Shown here piece by piece: positions 21,518-32,573 of a stretch of DNA of 64,000 nt. Location: assembly GCF_047600745.1 (NCBI RefSeq), contig NZ_JASGKI010000006.1, positions 496,345 to 560,344 on the forward strand. Direction: 5' to 3'. Made by a program: the position numbers and the translations under genes. Position 1 is the stretch's first letter, and each line of letters opens with the position of its first letter. The DNA comes from Paenirhodobacter sp. GTDB lineage: Bacteria; Pseudomonadota; Alphaproteobacteria; Rhodobacterales; Rhodobacteraceae. The notes under the pieces are model-generated. The model did not search any database. It was not told the origin of the DNA and saw nothing but the letters and a program-made list of their open reading frames with translations.

Positions 21518-22466
21518 AGAACCCGTCATCCGGCAACCTGCCCCCGATCAGCGCCGGGTCCGTTTCCGCCATCAGCGACAGCATCGGTTCGATATCCGCC
21601 CGCGCCTGCCGCGCCGGGCGCGCGACGAGCCGCGAATGCGGGATCGAGGCGGCAATCACCGGCGCGGGGAAATCGAGCGTGGCGGCGGCCTCTTTCGCCG
21701 CCCGGCCCGGATCGGCCAGCACCCCGGCCACCGCCCGTTCCAGCGCGGACTGGATCGGGGCGAGAAGGTCGCCGTGATCGCGCGCGAAAGCGTCGCTCAC
21801 CGCAAGCCCGGCCTGCGGCAGCGCCCCGCGCCCCGAAACCGCCGCCCAGGCGTCCTGAATATCGACAGACCGCACGAAGCTCTTGAACGACAGCTTGCCG
21901 CGGATCCCGACCGCGCTCGCCGCAGGTTCCGAAAGCAGCGCCGCATCGACCTGCCCGGCAAGCAGCATCTGCGCCGCCTCGACCGGGCTGCCCACCGGCA
22001 CCTGTTCCACCTTCCCGGCCAGCCCCGCGCGTGTGAGCAGCGCGCGCAGCACGATGTCGGGCGTATCGTTGACGAATGGCACCGCGAGCCGCCGCCCCAC
22101 AAGCCCCGCAAGATCCGGCGCCGCACCCTCGGGCGCGACGATGCTCAGCAGCCCGTCCGTCATCACATTCACCAGCCGCAGCCCCATGCCGCGATTGTAA
22201 AGATTGGCCGCCGCCTGCACCGGTACGACAGAGAGCCCGATCCGCCCGGAGGTCAGCCCCGCGCGCAATTCATCCGGCGTGCGCCAGACAACGACCTCCG
22301 CAGGCGCGATGTCCTTGAGCAGCCCCGCGGTAACGGCATGCACGAGCGTGATGCTCGGCCCCGCCGGTGGACCATAGAGAGCCAGCGTGGCGGGAGGCGC
22401 GGCGCGCAGAACGGCGGGCGCGGCCAGCGCGGCGATCAGGACGGAACGGCGGGAAACAAAGGGCAT
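21507..22466 (-). CDS. ABC substrate-binding protein (Tat-like signal)
   Basis: VSRRSVLIAALA signal, GPPAGPS, WRTPDELRAG, AANLYNRG, ALLSEPAAS. Confidence 0.88.
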   Translation of the reverse strand: MPFVSRRSVLIAALAAPAVLRAAPPATLALYGPPAGPSITLVHAVTAGLLKDIAPAEVVVWRTPDELRAGLTSGRIGLSVVPVQAAANLYNRGMGLRLVNVMTDGLLSIVAPEGAAPDLAGLVGRRLAVPFVNDTPDIVLRALLTRAGLAGKVEQVPVGSPVEAAQMLLAGQVDAALLSEPAASAVGIRGKLSFKSFVRSVDIQDAWAAVSGRGALPQAGLAVSDAFARDHGDLLAPIQSALERAVAGVLADPGRAAKEAAATLDFPAPVIAASIPHSRLVARPARQARADIEPMLSLMAETDPALIGGRLPDDGFYVL

Positions 22467-22549
22467 CGGAGCCTCCGGAACAGCAGGGAACACGGCGGGC
22501 GCAGGGCTGGCGTTCAGGGGCAGATTAGATGAATTGAAACTGCATGTAT

Positions 22550-22563
22550 TTGACCGGGGTCAA
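22550..22563. promoter_or_regulatory. FNR-type box driving the SBP-permease-ATPase-nnrS operon
   Basis: Perfect palindrome TTGAC-CGGG-GTCAA, with a TAATCT -10 candidate (minus strand, 22527-22522) at class II promoter spacing. Confidence 0.75.
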
Positions 22564-22619
22564 ACCGGCAGGGCGCAGAATTCGACGAAGAACCGCACCT
22601 ACCCGGCACAGCGCCGATC

Positions 22620-22950
22620 GGCGCCTCGAACCGCAGCCGAGCGCCGAAGTAGAACGCCCGGGATGAAGGCCGCCTGCCCCGCCGTCGCGGGATCGCGCGC
22701 CAGCATCGGGGCGGCATAGCGACGGTCGAAGAGGTTCGTGACCTCCAGGATCGCATTCTCGCTCACCGCATAGCGCGCGCCGAGGTTGAACACGGTGTTC
22801 ATATTGTCCACCGGCACCCAATGCGGATCCCCATTGAGCCCGAACCGCTCCGCCGCCTGCCAGTCGAGCGCGAGGGAAATCACGTTCTTCGGCGCCCCGG
22901 CGATGCGGAAATCCTGCCAGGTCCAGGCGGTCAGCGTCTCGGTCAGCACG
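22620..22950 (-). pseudogene. C-terminal relic of a TonB-dependent receptor
   Basis: NTVFNLGARYAVSENAILEVTNLFDRRYA...; a shifted frame gives FYFGARLRF, a typical TBDR terminus. Confidence 0.6.
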
Positions 22951-23782
22951 CCCGACAGGCCGAGTTCAAGCGCGGCAAGCTGCGACCCCATGCGGCAATA
23001 TGGGCGATACGCCCGTCGGAAATCCATTCGAGCGAGTTACGATAATGTACTTCCGGTCCCGGCGCAGGATCCGGCAGACCCGGCAGAAGATCCCGCATCA
23101 CGCGGCGAATCTCTTCCAGCCGCCCCCGGTCGTGCCCGACACAGACCCAATAGTAATGCAGCAACGCACGGGGCTTGTCGTCATAGGCGCCCGCAGCGCC
23201 CTGCTCCATGATCCGCGCGACGAACAGGCGGTTCTTCGGGTCGAAGATGCGGAACAGATGATGCATGTTGATCCTGGGAAACCAGTGATCCAGCAGCCGC
23301 AGCAGCCGGTCGCGCTCCGCCGGATCGCGGTGCATGTCGCTCGACAGGAAATATTGCACCAGCGACATCCCGGCGGTCGGATCAATGCCCCGGCGGGTAA
23401 ACTGATCGCGGATGCGCGGTATGAGCCTCTGCGCCACCGGCATGTCGCCGTCGCGCAGGCTGATCAGCTGTGATGCCGCCGGGGGGATATGTTCGCTGCG
23501 GATCTGTGCCGCATCGGTCGCGGTATAGTCCCGGAAGGCGGCATCGCTCATCGCATCCAGAAATCCGTCGATCTCCGGCTCGGGCAGGCCGCGCAGCGCC
23601 GTGGTGACCATCGCCGCGAAAGCACCGCGCGGGGCCGCCCGCATCAGGCCGGGCAGGTTGATTACCGCCAGCGCCGCCTCGGCGCCCCCGGGCGCGCCGG
23701 TATCCAGAACGGGCAGCGTGATCGCGGCACGCCGCGCGATGGCCTCGGTCAGCGTCTGGATCTGTTCTGTTACCTGGGTCAT
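22943..23782 (-). CDS. Hypothetical protein
   Basis: 279-aa ORF with an RBS-like GGCGGAGA and normal codon style. No family recognised; the C-terminus runs into the TonB relic. Confidence 0.55.
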   Translation of the reverse strand: MTQVTEQIQTLTEAIARRAAITLPVLDTGAPGGAEAALAVINLPGLMRAAPRGAFAAMVTTALRGLPEPEIDGFLDAMSDAAFRDYTATDAAQIRSEHIPPAASQLISLRDGDMPVAQRLIPRIRDQFTRRGIDPTAGMSLVQYFLSSDMHRDPAERDRLLRLLDHWFPRINMHHLFRIFDPKNRLFVARIMEQGAAGAYDDKPRALLHYYWVCVGHDRGRLEEIRRVMRDLLPGLPDPAPGPEVHYRNSLEWISDGRIAHIAAWGRSLPRLNSACRAC

Positions 23783-23966
23783 TGAAATCTCCGCCTGGAA
23801 ATTGGGTGGGGCCCGGAAATGCTGGCTTGCGGCGCCGGACGACGCGCGCGGGGGCGGTCAGACCGTCCCGGCGAAGCTGCGTAGCAGTGCCCCGGTCTGG
23901 GTCTGGACGGTGGCATATTCATCGGGCGTGCCGCTGAAGAAGATCTGGTCCGGCCCGATCACATCA

Positions 23967-24352
23967 TAACCGCGCAGGCGCCGCCCGTTCAGCAGCACGA
24001 TCTCGACCGGCGAGGGCGTGATGGCGGCCGCGACCGTCTTCTCGCCCGTCACCTCAACGGGCAGGAACGCGGTCTCCTCCATCAGGCCTTCGCCGCGTCG
24101 ACGGAACTCGGCCCGCCACTGATAGATGTGCTGCCGGGTCAGGTCGTGACGGCGCGCCCCGTCCACACCAACCTCCGCCAGGATCGAACGCTTCATCCGC
24201 ATCCGACCAGCGCAGCCGACGCTCGACCCCCGTCAATATCTCTTGCCGCATGATCCCATCCGCCACAGACGACGTCGGTAACGACGTCAATAACGACAGA
24301 TGGCTAGACCACAAAACAAACCATCGGAAGGTGGCCTCAACCGGGTGCCTAC
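23967..24352 (-). mobile_element. IS66 left-end relic (IR plus decayed tnpA)
   Basis: End sequence GTAGGCACCCGGTTGAGGCCACC; tnpA-like EILTGVERR.RWS, RRHDLTRQHIYQWR, FLPVEV, VEIVLLNGRRLR. Confidence 0.75.
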
Positions 24353-24570
24353 AGCCTTTCTCCGGATCTTAATTTCATTTTCGGTCCGGTCACAACGCAC
24401 CGTTGGCTCCGCAGGATCGGCTTGATAGGTGTGCAGTGGAGCAATTAACAGGAAAACGAGATGGTTTGAGTGGTGATTCCGGGGATATTGGAACCCGATT
24501 GTTTTCGGCACCCCGGACGACACGGCCTTTCCTCTCACCTAGGCGTTCAGATCGAGCCAATGCAGAAAAT

Positions 24571-26238
24571 CTAGCCAGGAAGAGCCAAGTCAGATCTTAA
24601 TTCCGCAATAACCTCATCTTCACTGGCAAACCTGAAGGTAGAGGAACGCTCCATCATGTCATCATAATCCATGAAAGATATGGCGTTTACTCCACTGGAT
24701 GGCAAGTGAGGTGTGTCACGCTTGTCTCTCCATACAACCGTCTGTGGATTTCCGTCATTTTGAATGGTAAGAAATCTGAAGTGCGGGAAGAATGTATCAA
24801 TGGCGAAAATAGACTTGTATACATCGCCATGCCACGCTTTACGATCGCTGCCGGCTTGTTTCCGAAGTTCAAGAGCCCGTGCGTGATCCCGGTCTGCTGA
24901 ATATCGGTCTACCGGGAAAACATTGTCGATCAAAAAGACACTACGCTCATGCGCAAGCGCGGTAGCTAATGTGAAGGTACGAATCGTATCTTCAAACAGA
25001 TGACAGTTATTAATGAAAATAAGGTCAAACTGCTTCCCCTTGCTAAAATATTGCAGGTAACGTTTCGGGGAAACCTCGAAGAATGAGGTGCCGGGATCTG
25101 TGAAGGCTCTCACGTCAAAACCGAGCTTTTCACCTACGCCAACACGCGTTGGAATCTTGACATTGTGGAATACAGCGCCATTTCCGACAGAAAACTCAAG
25201 ATAGCTGTTAGCGCCAATAGCTTCGCCGATGCGATTTATGCGGCGCAGCGACCAATTTCCTGCTGTAGATTTGACAGAAGATCTTGAGATCGGGATTTTC
25301 AAACAGTTCATCACTTGCGCGGCGTTCGGCGCCAACCTGCGGACCTCACGCCCCACCTTACTGATCACTGCATCATTGCTGGTAGAGTGGAAAAATTGTC
25401 GAACGTTGCGCGCATTTCCGATAGTGTGGAATGACATATGCTCAGGACCGTTTCTTCGAAAAACATGAAACGTTTTCTGCGATACGTCCTTCAAAAGAAG
25501 CAAGCTGTGAAAGGCAGACCCTTCCTCCCCACCGATAACCTCGGCTGTGGCGAAGGCATTCAGTTGTTCGGGAACGGAGTGCAATTCCGGACAAAAAATA
25601 TCCCAACCGAAATTCTTGAGGCGGCTCTCAAATATGGGGCTGTTGATGATTCCTACAGAATTTTCAACATTTTTCCGCGACAACCAGAGCTTACGCCCGG
25701 GGATTTGCCCAGAACCATCATATGCCGCCAAAAATTTGGCATGATCAGGGTGGCACCAATCAGCATATCTATAACCTGGTTCTGGAACATGTAACTTGCT
25801 GAAACGTTCCGGCCGAATAAGAACGCGGAGCGGGTTTTTAATTCCTATAATATCGAGGATGCTTTTCTGCCAGCTGCGAAACTGTGGTGGTGTCGGCCAG
25901 GAGTCCACCCCGATCCAGACAACAGGCAGATCCGGTCTGCTTTTGGCATACCAAAGCCTCGCGAGGCTCTCTAAAAGAAAATGTCCATAATGATGAAAGA
26001 AAACGCCCGCATATATGCCCTCGGGTTCTTCCGCATCCGTTATGTTGTCATACAGATCTAAATCCGCAGCCCGATATAAGTGGGTTCCATGATGGCGATC
26101 CCCAATAGTATCCTGAATCAGTTTTCCGCTCTGATCAAAAACGCCAAGGTTCTGAATGTGAGCTTGCATCAACGCCTTCTGGATTGGCGAGACTGTTGCA
26201 TTCCTATATACGTTGGCAGTGAGAGGGATATTGTTCAT
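24571..26238 (-). CDS. Glycosyltransferase family 61 (DUF563) fused to a SAM-methyltransferase-like domain
   Basis: HYGHFLLESLARLW, KLWLSR, PELHSVPEQL, GEEGSAFH; C-terminal YLEFSV, FDLIFI...H, WHGDVYK. AT-richer than its neighbours. Confidence 0.75.
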   Translation of the reverse strand: MNNIPLTANVYRNATVSPIQKALMQAHIQNLGVFDQSGKLIQDTIGDRHHGTHLYRAADLDLYDNITDAEEPEGIYAGVFFHHYGHFLLESLARLWYAKSRPDLPVVWIGVDSWPTPPQFRSWQKSILDIIGIKNPLRVLIRPERFSKLHVPEPGYRYADWCHPDHAKFLAAYDGSGQIPGRKLWLSRKNVENSVGIINSPIFESRLKNFGWDIFCPELHSVPEQLNAFATAEVIGGEEGSAFHSLLLLKDVSQKTFHVFRRNGPEHMSFHTIGNARNVRQFFHSTSNDAVISKVGREVRRLAPNAAQVMNCLKIPISRSSVKSTAGNWSLRRINRIGEAIGANSYLEFSVGNGAVFHNVKIPTRVGVGEKLGFDVRAFTDPGTSFFEVSPKRYLQYFSKGKQFDLIFINNCHLFEDTIRTFTLATALAHERSVFLIDNVFPVDRYSADRDHARALELRKQAGSDRKAWHGDVYKSIFAIDTFFPHFRFLTIQNDGNPQTVVWRDKRDTPHLPSSGVNAISFMDYDDMMERSSTFRFASEDEVIAELRSDLALPG

Positions 26239-26247
26239 TTTGCCATA

Positions 26248-27438
26248 TCAATCCTTATTCCGCGGGAATGAATAGGCTTGCTGAAGCGCCGAGAATTCCC
26301 CGATCGCCCGCTGTGCCTGCGCAATTTCGCGGATGGTCCTGACCTGAGCCTCGACCTCCTTGAGACGGGTCTCCATGTCGCGCAGCCGCTTTTCCAGACC
26401 CTTGGTTTCGCGGTCGATCCGCGACAGGATCGCCCGGTCGGCATTAGCGCGCCAGAAGGCCACGACATCCCAGACCCCGCCGGGCAGCCGCAGGCGGGCG
26501 GCCTGATGCCAGGTGGCCGAGGCCAACATCTCGGTTTCGAGCACCTGCCAGTCGGCATCGGAAATCCGGTTCAGCGCGTCATGCGCGCGCGCCGCATAGG
26601 GAAAGAAGGCGGCCGGTTGCAGGCGCGGGATATGCCAGGACATATTGCCGATCAGCCAGCGCCCGGCCTGTAGCCGCAGATCGTCCTGACCCTCGGGAAT
26701 TCCGGCGGTGATCGTGTCGAAATGGGTGAAGAAAGCCGCCAGTTCGACCCCGACCGAGGCCATGGTCTGCCCCGGCCGGTTCACCCGGTGGTGGCAGGTG
26801 ATCTGGCGCGAAAAGCCGATGCTTTCGGCCAGAATGCAGACCTTCCAGTGAAAAGGATTGTCCTCGAAGAAGAAATCGCCCTCGGGGAAGCGGATGCGGT
26901 GCCGGCGCAGGAATTCCGTCCGGTAGAATTTGCGCCAGGGCACGGCGATCAGGCCGATGGCGGCCAGCCGGATCTCTGCCGGTGTCACCGCCTGCCCCAG
27001 GGTCGCCCATTTGCGCGCATCGGCAGGCGGTTTTGTCTTGCCCGCCTTCTGATCGAATTCCAGATAATCGGTGAAATGAATGTCCGCGCCCAGGGCCTCG
27101 TATTCGCGCCGTGCCGCCCGGAATGCCTCGGGGATCAGGTAATCGTCGCCATCGACGAAGAACACGCTGTCGCATTCCACCATATCGAGGCCGATATTGC
27201 CGGGGATCCCGACGCCGCCGAAGGTATTGGTGCCCAGCCAGACCGGCGTGACGCGCACGCCCGGCCCGAAACCGGCCCCGTCCAGAAACTGCCGGACGAT
27301 TTCCTCGGTCTCGTCGGTCGAACCATCATCGACGATGATCACCTGATCGCCCGGCCGGGTGCAGGATGCAAGGCTTTCCAGACATTGCGCGATATAGGGC
27401 GCGATGTTGAAGGTGGTGACGATGAAGGAAATGCCCAT
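26248..27438 (-). CDS. Glycosyltransferase family 2
   Basis: ISFIVTTFN, VIIVDDGSTD, FFVDGDD, PWRKFY, FFEDNPF. Confidence 0.9.
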   Translation of the reverse strand: MGISFIVTTFNIAPYIAQCLESLASCTRPGDQVIIVDDGSTDETEEIVRQFLDGAGFGPGVRVTPVWLGTNTFGGVGIPGNIGLDMVECDSVFFVDGDDYLIPEAFRAARREYEALGADIHFTDYLEFDQKAGKTKPPADARKWATLGQAVTPAEIRLAAIGLIAVPWRKFYRTEFLRRHRIRFPEGDFFFEDNPFHWKVCILAESIGFSRQITCHHRVNRPGQTMASVGVELAAFFTHFDTITAGIPEGQDDLRLQAGRWLIGNMSWHIPRLQPAAFFPYAARAHDALNRISDADWQVLETEMLASATWHQAARLRLPGGVWDVVAFWRANADRAILSRIDRETKGLEKRLRDMETRLKEVEAQVRTIREIAQAQRAIGEFSALQQAYSFPRNKD

Positions 27439-27443
27439 ATCCG

Positions 27444-28412
27444 CTAATCCCCGATGATGAAGCGGTTGATCCTGCCTGCCAACTCGGGGTCTCGGTACGC
27501 GATCAGGCTCATCAGCCGGTGGTCGAGACTGGTCAGGTAGAAGTCGCGCAGCCCCGCGCGCAGGCCGGGGCCATGATCCGGCTCGATATTCTCGGCGATC
27601 CAGGTCAGCAGATCGGCGCTGAAGCGCGCGAAGGGCGCCAGATAGCCCAGCCGGGCCATATCCGGCGTTGCCGTGATATGGCCCATGACATTGCGAAAGG
27701 CCCCGAACACCTCCAGCCGCTCGGCGCTGCGCCGGTTGGTCAGCCGGTTGCCGCCGTTGGTGACGAAATGCGTGGCGCCGATCAGGCCGCTGGCCAGAAT
27801 CCGTTCGGCGACGATGAAGCTGCTCCAGTGCAGTTCGACATCGTTATGCACCATGGTCTCGGTGCAGCGGATGGCGTTGTCGCGCAGAAAGGCCGTGCGG
27901 CAGATCTTGTTCCAGGGATAGGCCGCGACCTGAACCAGCCCCCGCGCCTGCGAGGGGCTGAGCAGGGCCGGTTCCTCGCCAAGGTGCAGCGCCTGCCAGC
28001 GCTTTTCGTCGCCGCTCAGCATGCCGGTGCCGCCCTCGTCCAGAATCCGGCTGTCGTGATGGCGGAAGATCAGGAAATCGAAGGGTTCGGCAAGGGCGGC
28101 CTGTTCGGCGATGCGGGGGAAATCGGCGGCGAACAGATCGTCCGAATCGAAGAAGATCACATGATCGCCGCGCGCCCGCGCAAGGGCCATGTTGCGCGCA
28201 TGGCCCGCGCCGCGTCGGCGGTCGCTGCGCAGCCAGACCAGCCGGTCGGCCAGCGCCGCCGCTGCCGGCAGATTATGCGGACCCGGCGCCTCGTCCGAGG
28301 CATCATCGGCGATGATGACCTCGCAAAACACCTCCATATCCGCAACCTGACGCAGCAGCCGGTCCAGCCCCGGCAGATCGTTCCAGACAGGAATGATGAG
28401 AGAAAGCGCCAT
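27444..28412 (-). CDS. Glycosyltransferase family 2
   Basis: LSLIIPVWN, VIIADDAS, GAGHARN, IFFDSDD, PWNKI. Confidence 0.9.
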   Translation of the reverse strand: MALSLIIPVWNDLPGLDRLLRQVADMEVFCEVIIADDASDEAPGPHNLPAAAALADRLVWLRSDRRRGAGHARNMALARARGDHVIFFDSDDLFAADFPRIAEQAALAEPFDFLIFRHHDSRILDEGGTGMLSGDEKRWQALHLGEEPALLSPSQARGLVQVAAYPWNKICRTAFLRDNAIRCTETMVHNDVELHWSSFIVAERILASGLIGATHFVTNGGNRLTNRRSAERLEVFGAFRNVMGHITATPDMARLGYLAPFARFSADLLTWIAENIEPDHGPGLRAGLRDFYLTSLDHRLMSLIAYRDPELAGRINRFIIGD

Positions 28413-28479
28413 GTTGTCCTCGTTCCGGGCATTTCACACCCGCAGGAACTGTCGGCCGGGGTGGTTCAGGCCCCGCGGC

Positions 28480-29019
28480 TTATACGATGAAGACCCGCAG
28501 ATCCCGGATGTCGAATGTGGCCGAGGTGGTCTGGAAGAACAGGATCAGCTCGCGCCATGCCGCGCGCGCCGGCACATCCGGATGCCCCTCCAGCCGCAGC
28601 AGATCGAGATGGGTGCTGTCCGCCGCGAAGGCCACGACATGTTTCGGCAGGAACGTGTCGGTGAACCCGTCGGCGGTGGCCGAGCGCAGGCAGATCCTGA
28701 AGGTTGCCGCCTCGGGTGCGCGGGATTTGCACACGACGCCGAAGACCGACGCCTGGCTCAGATCCACCCCGCCCATGGCCACATGCAGCGCCAGCCAGCG
28801 CGGCCGCTTGTCGATGGTATAGGACAGCCGCAGCAGACCGTCGCCCCCGGTGACGACATTGCCCGCAACCTGACCCCCGGTCTCGCTGTCGACGGACAGG
28901 AAAACCCCGGGGGCGATCCGGGCGCCGTCCGTCAGCGGCATGTCCACGCTCAGCGAGCGCAGCGAGGCAATCGCGTGATTGACTTGGGCATCAGGCCCGA
29001 GGTGCAGACTGTCCGTCAT
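28480..29019 (-). CDS. Hypothetical protein of the polysaccharide locus
   Basis: About 180-aa ORF co-oriented with the GT genes; beta-rich composition. No family named with confidence. Confidence 0.6.
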   Translation of the reverse strand: MTDSLHLGPDAQVNHAIASLRSLSVDMPLTDGARIAPGVFLSVDSETGGQVAGNVVTGGDGLLRLSYTIDKRPRWLALHVAMGGVDLSQASVFGVVCKSRAPEAATFRICLRSATADGFTDTFLPKHVVAFAADSTHLDLLRLEGHPDVPARAAWRELILFFQTTSATFDIRDLRVFIV

Positions 29020-29489
29020 CACCACTCCCAATTGTATTTCATATGGCAGGGGTAACCTGTGCGACAGTCGGCATCAAGCGGCATTCGTGACGGTGGGAAC
29101 CTCATTCATGCCACCGGGTCATCGGCATATCCGCGCGACACCGGTTCGGCCCGGACGAAGCGGCCAGCGGCAAACATGAGGGTCAACCGAGGCGGAAGCG
29201 GTTGCAGACCATGCCCCTGTCGGTGGCTCCGATTGTCGCGCGACCTGATCCCGTCCTCAGGGACGTCACGCCCGCCTTCCAAAGCCCGTCCCTGACCCGA
29301 GCGACGGAAAGGCCGGGGTGCCCACGCAAACCTGCATGACGATGACCAGTCGCTGCACGCCGTGGCGTCAGGACATTCGGATACGCACACGCTTACCGGA
29401 AGGGCCAGCCTTGAACAACAACGCGTCGCGCTTTGACCTGGCCCCGTCTCGCCCGGACACACAGGCCGGAACACGGAGGCCTGGGCTTA

Positions 29490-30555
29490 TGGGCCATCCC
29501 CGCAGGTGTGGGGAACAGGCGATAGCGCACCGAACCGGAGGGCAGGATCTCGGGTCATCCCCGCGAGGGCGGGGAACAGGCGGTGGAGATTTCGGCCTCC
29601 ACCTATCTGGCCGGGTCATCCCCGCGGGGGCGGGGAACAGGCTTGCTTGCCAATCTTGCTGTCGCGCTGCGGCGGGTCATCCCCGCGGGGGCGGGGAACA
29701 GCCGAAATTCGCGACCGCACTTAGGGTATGACCCGGGTCATCCCCGCGGGGGCGGGGAACAGAAATCCACGCCGTGACGCCGGGCCGATTTGATCGGGTC
29801 ATCCCCGCGGGGGCGGGGAACAGCCTGATCTGGGCAGGGGACATGAACATTCTTCCGGGTCATCCCCGCGGGGGCGGGGAACAGCACCTCGGGCTGTGAC
29901 GCGCCGGTCATCAACGCGGGTCATCCCCGCGGGGGCGGGGAACAGAAAATTCATCACCGACGCCGGGTTCGCATCCACGGGTCATCCCCGCGGGGGCGGG
30001 GAACAGTGGCGGATCGTTACGCGATATACGTCGCCGGGCGGGTCATCCCCGCGGGGGCGGGGAACAGGATCACCAGATCCGACCAGTTGCCGAAAAACAC
30101 GGGTCATCCCCGCGGGGGCGGGGAACAGGTGGTGCGGCAGGCTGGTGCCCGGACGTTCGACGGGTCATCCCCGCGGGGGCGGGGAACAGTCCACGGAAGC
30201 CGGGTATTTCGATGGAACGAACGGGTCATCCCCGCGGGGGCGGGGAACAGTCAGCGAGATTCGTTTTCGGCCCGGGCTTGCGCGGGTCATCCCCGCGGGG
30301 GCGGGGAACAGTCGCCGTGCGCCGTGATGCCCCACCCCTCGGCCGGGTCATCCCCGCGGGGGCGGGGAACAGCTGTGCTGGATGGACGTCAGTCAGGTGG
30401 ACAACGGGTCATCCCCGCGGGGGCGGGGAACAGAACACGCGCTTCTGGGCCCGCAGGTTTTCCTTCGGGTCATCCCCGCGGGGGCGGGGAACAGTTGATC
30501 GTGTTGTCGCGATCAAACGAGAAACCCGGGTCATCCCCGCGGGGGCGGGGAACAG
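29490..30555 (-). CRISPR. Type I-E CRISPR array: 18 repeats (29 bp) and 17 spacers (32 bp)
   Basis: Exact 61-bp period. Minus-strand repeat CTGTTCCCCGCCCCCGCGGGGATGACCCG. The leader-distal repeats at 29490 and 29551 are degenerate. Confidence 0.99.
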
Positions 30556-30634
30556 TCTTGCTGTAGACTATTGATTCACGGTTGTTTTAACAATTTCAAA
30601 GAGCGCACCGGATTTTTGGTGGTGGAAATGCGGG
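30556..30634 (-). promoter_or_regulatory. CRISPR leader with IHF-like site
   Basis: AT-rich 79 bp between cas2 and the first repeat. Minus-strand AATCAATAGTCTA (30576-30564) is a near match to WATCAANNNNTTR, 8 bp from the repeat. Confidence 0.7.
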
Positions 30635-31844
<1,210 letters not shown>

Positions 31845-31848
<4 letters not shown>

Positions 31849-32573
31849 CCTGCCCTCCGGATCAGCATGAGACCGCAGCCGAACGCCTTGGCGCGACCGA
31901 AGCCGAGCGGCAGTTGCGCAAGAAAGGCCTCCGGGGCGGTGACTTCGATCCGGCCTGCCAGGTCGAGGATGCCAAACTGCGGCTGCCCCTTGCGCGGGGC
32001 GCGATGGCCGGGCAGCACCACGGTGCTATAGTCCATGACCTCGGCGTGCAGCAGGCAAAACCCCGCCTTCTCGCCCTGACGTGCCAGCCAACTGCGCGCG
32101 ACCTCCTGTGCCCGATCCATCCGTTCGGGCGCGCGCCGGCTGTCAGCGCCTTCAGGCAGATCCTTGCGGCCGGGAACCGGGTGCAGCGCATCCATCACCA
32201 GGTCGATATGACGCTTCTTCTCCTTGCCATTCGCCGACAATCCGCCGGTCTTTTCCGTGCGGGTCGCGTTGCAGCGCAACTGGAAATCCAGCCGGTCACC
32301 GGGCGTCAGAACCGGGGCGAAGTCACGCACAAGATGCGGCTGGAACAGCTCGCTCGGCGCTGGCGGGCGGGCCGAAAGGGCCATGAAACTGCCGTCCCGC
32401 TCCTCCCGCCACAGGAAATCGCGGCGCCGGTCTGGGCCATCGGCGAAGACCGACCACAGCAGGTTGTGCTGCGCCGAACGCCGGGCCGCCGGGTTGGAGG
32501 GCGCCAGCAGCGGAGCCAACGCCTGCGCCGCCGGGCTGCGGGCCAGACGGATCTGGCTGAGATAGAGCGTCAT
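31845..32573 (-). CDS. cas6e: Cas6e
   Basis: LYLSQIRL, HNLLWSVF, LDFQLRCNAT, GFGRAKAFGCGLM. Confidence 0.95.

Noticed and set aside
29641-30099. Self-targeting spacers
   Set aside because: The best matches seen by eye are 9-13 nt (GCTTGCTTGC to 36571-36580; GATCACCAGATCC to about 20211). They do not extend, so chance is sufficient.
30495-30516. FNR box inside the newest spacer
   Set aside because: The TTGAT and ATCAA half-sites are 12 bp apart, not 4.
29896-30574. ORFs with repeated peptides (RVIPAGAGN...)
   Set aside because: These are translations of the CRISPR array.
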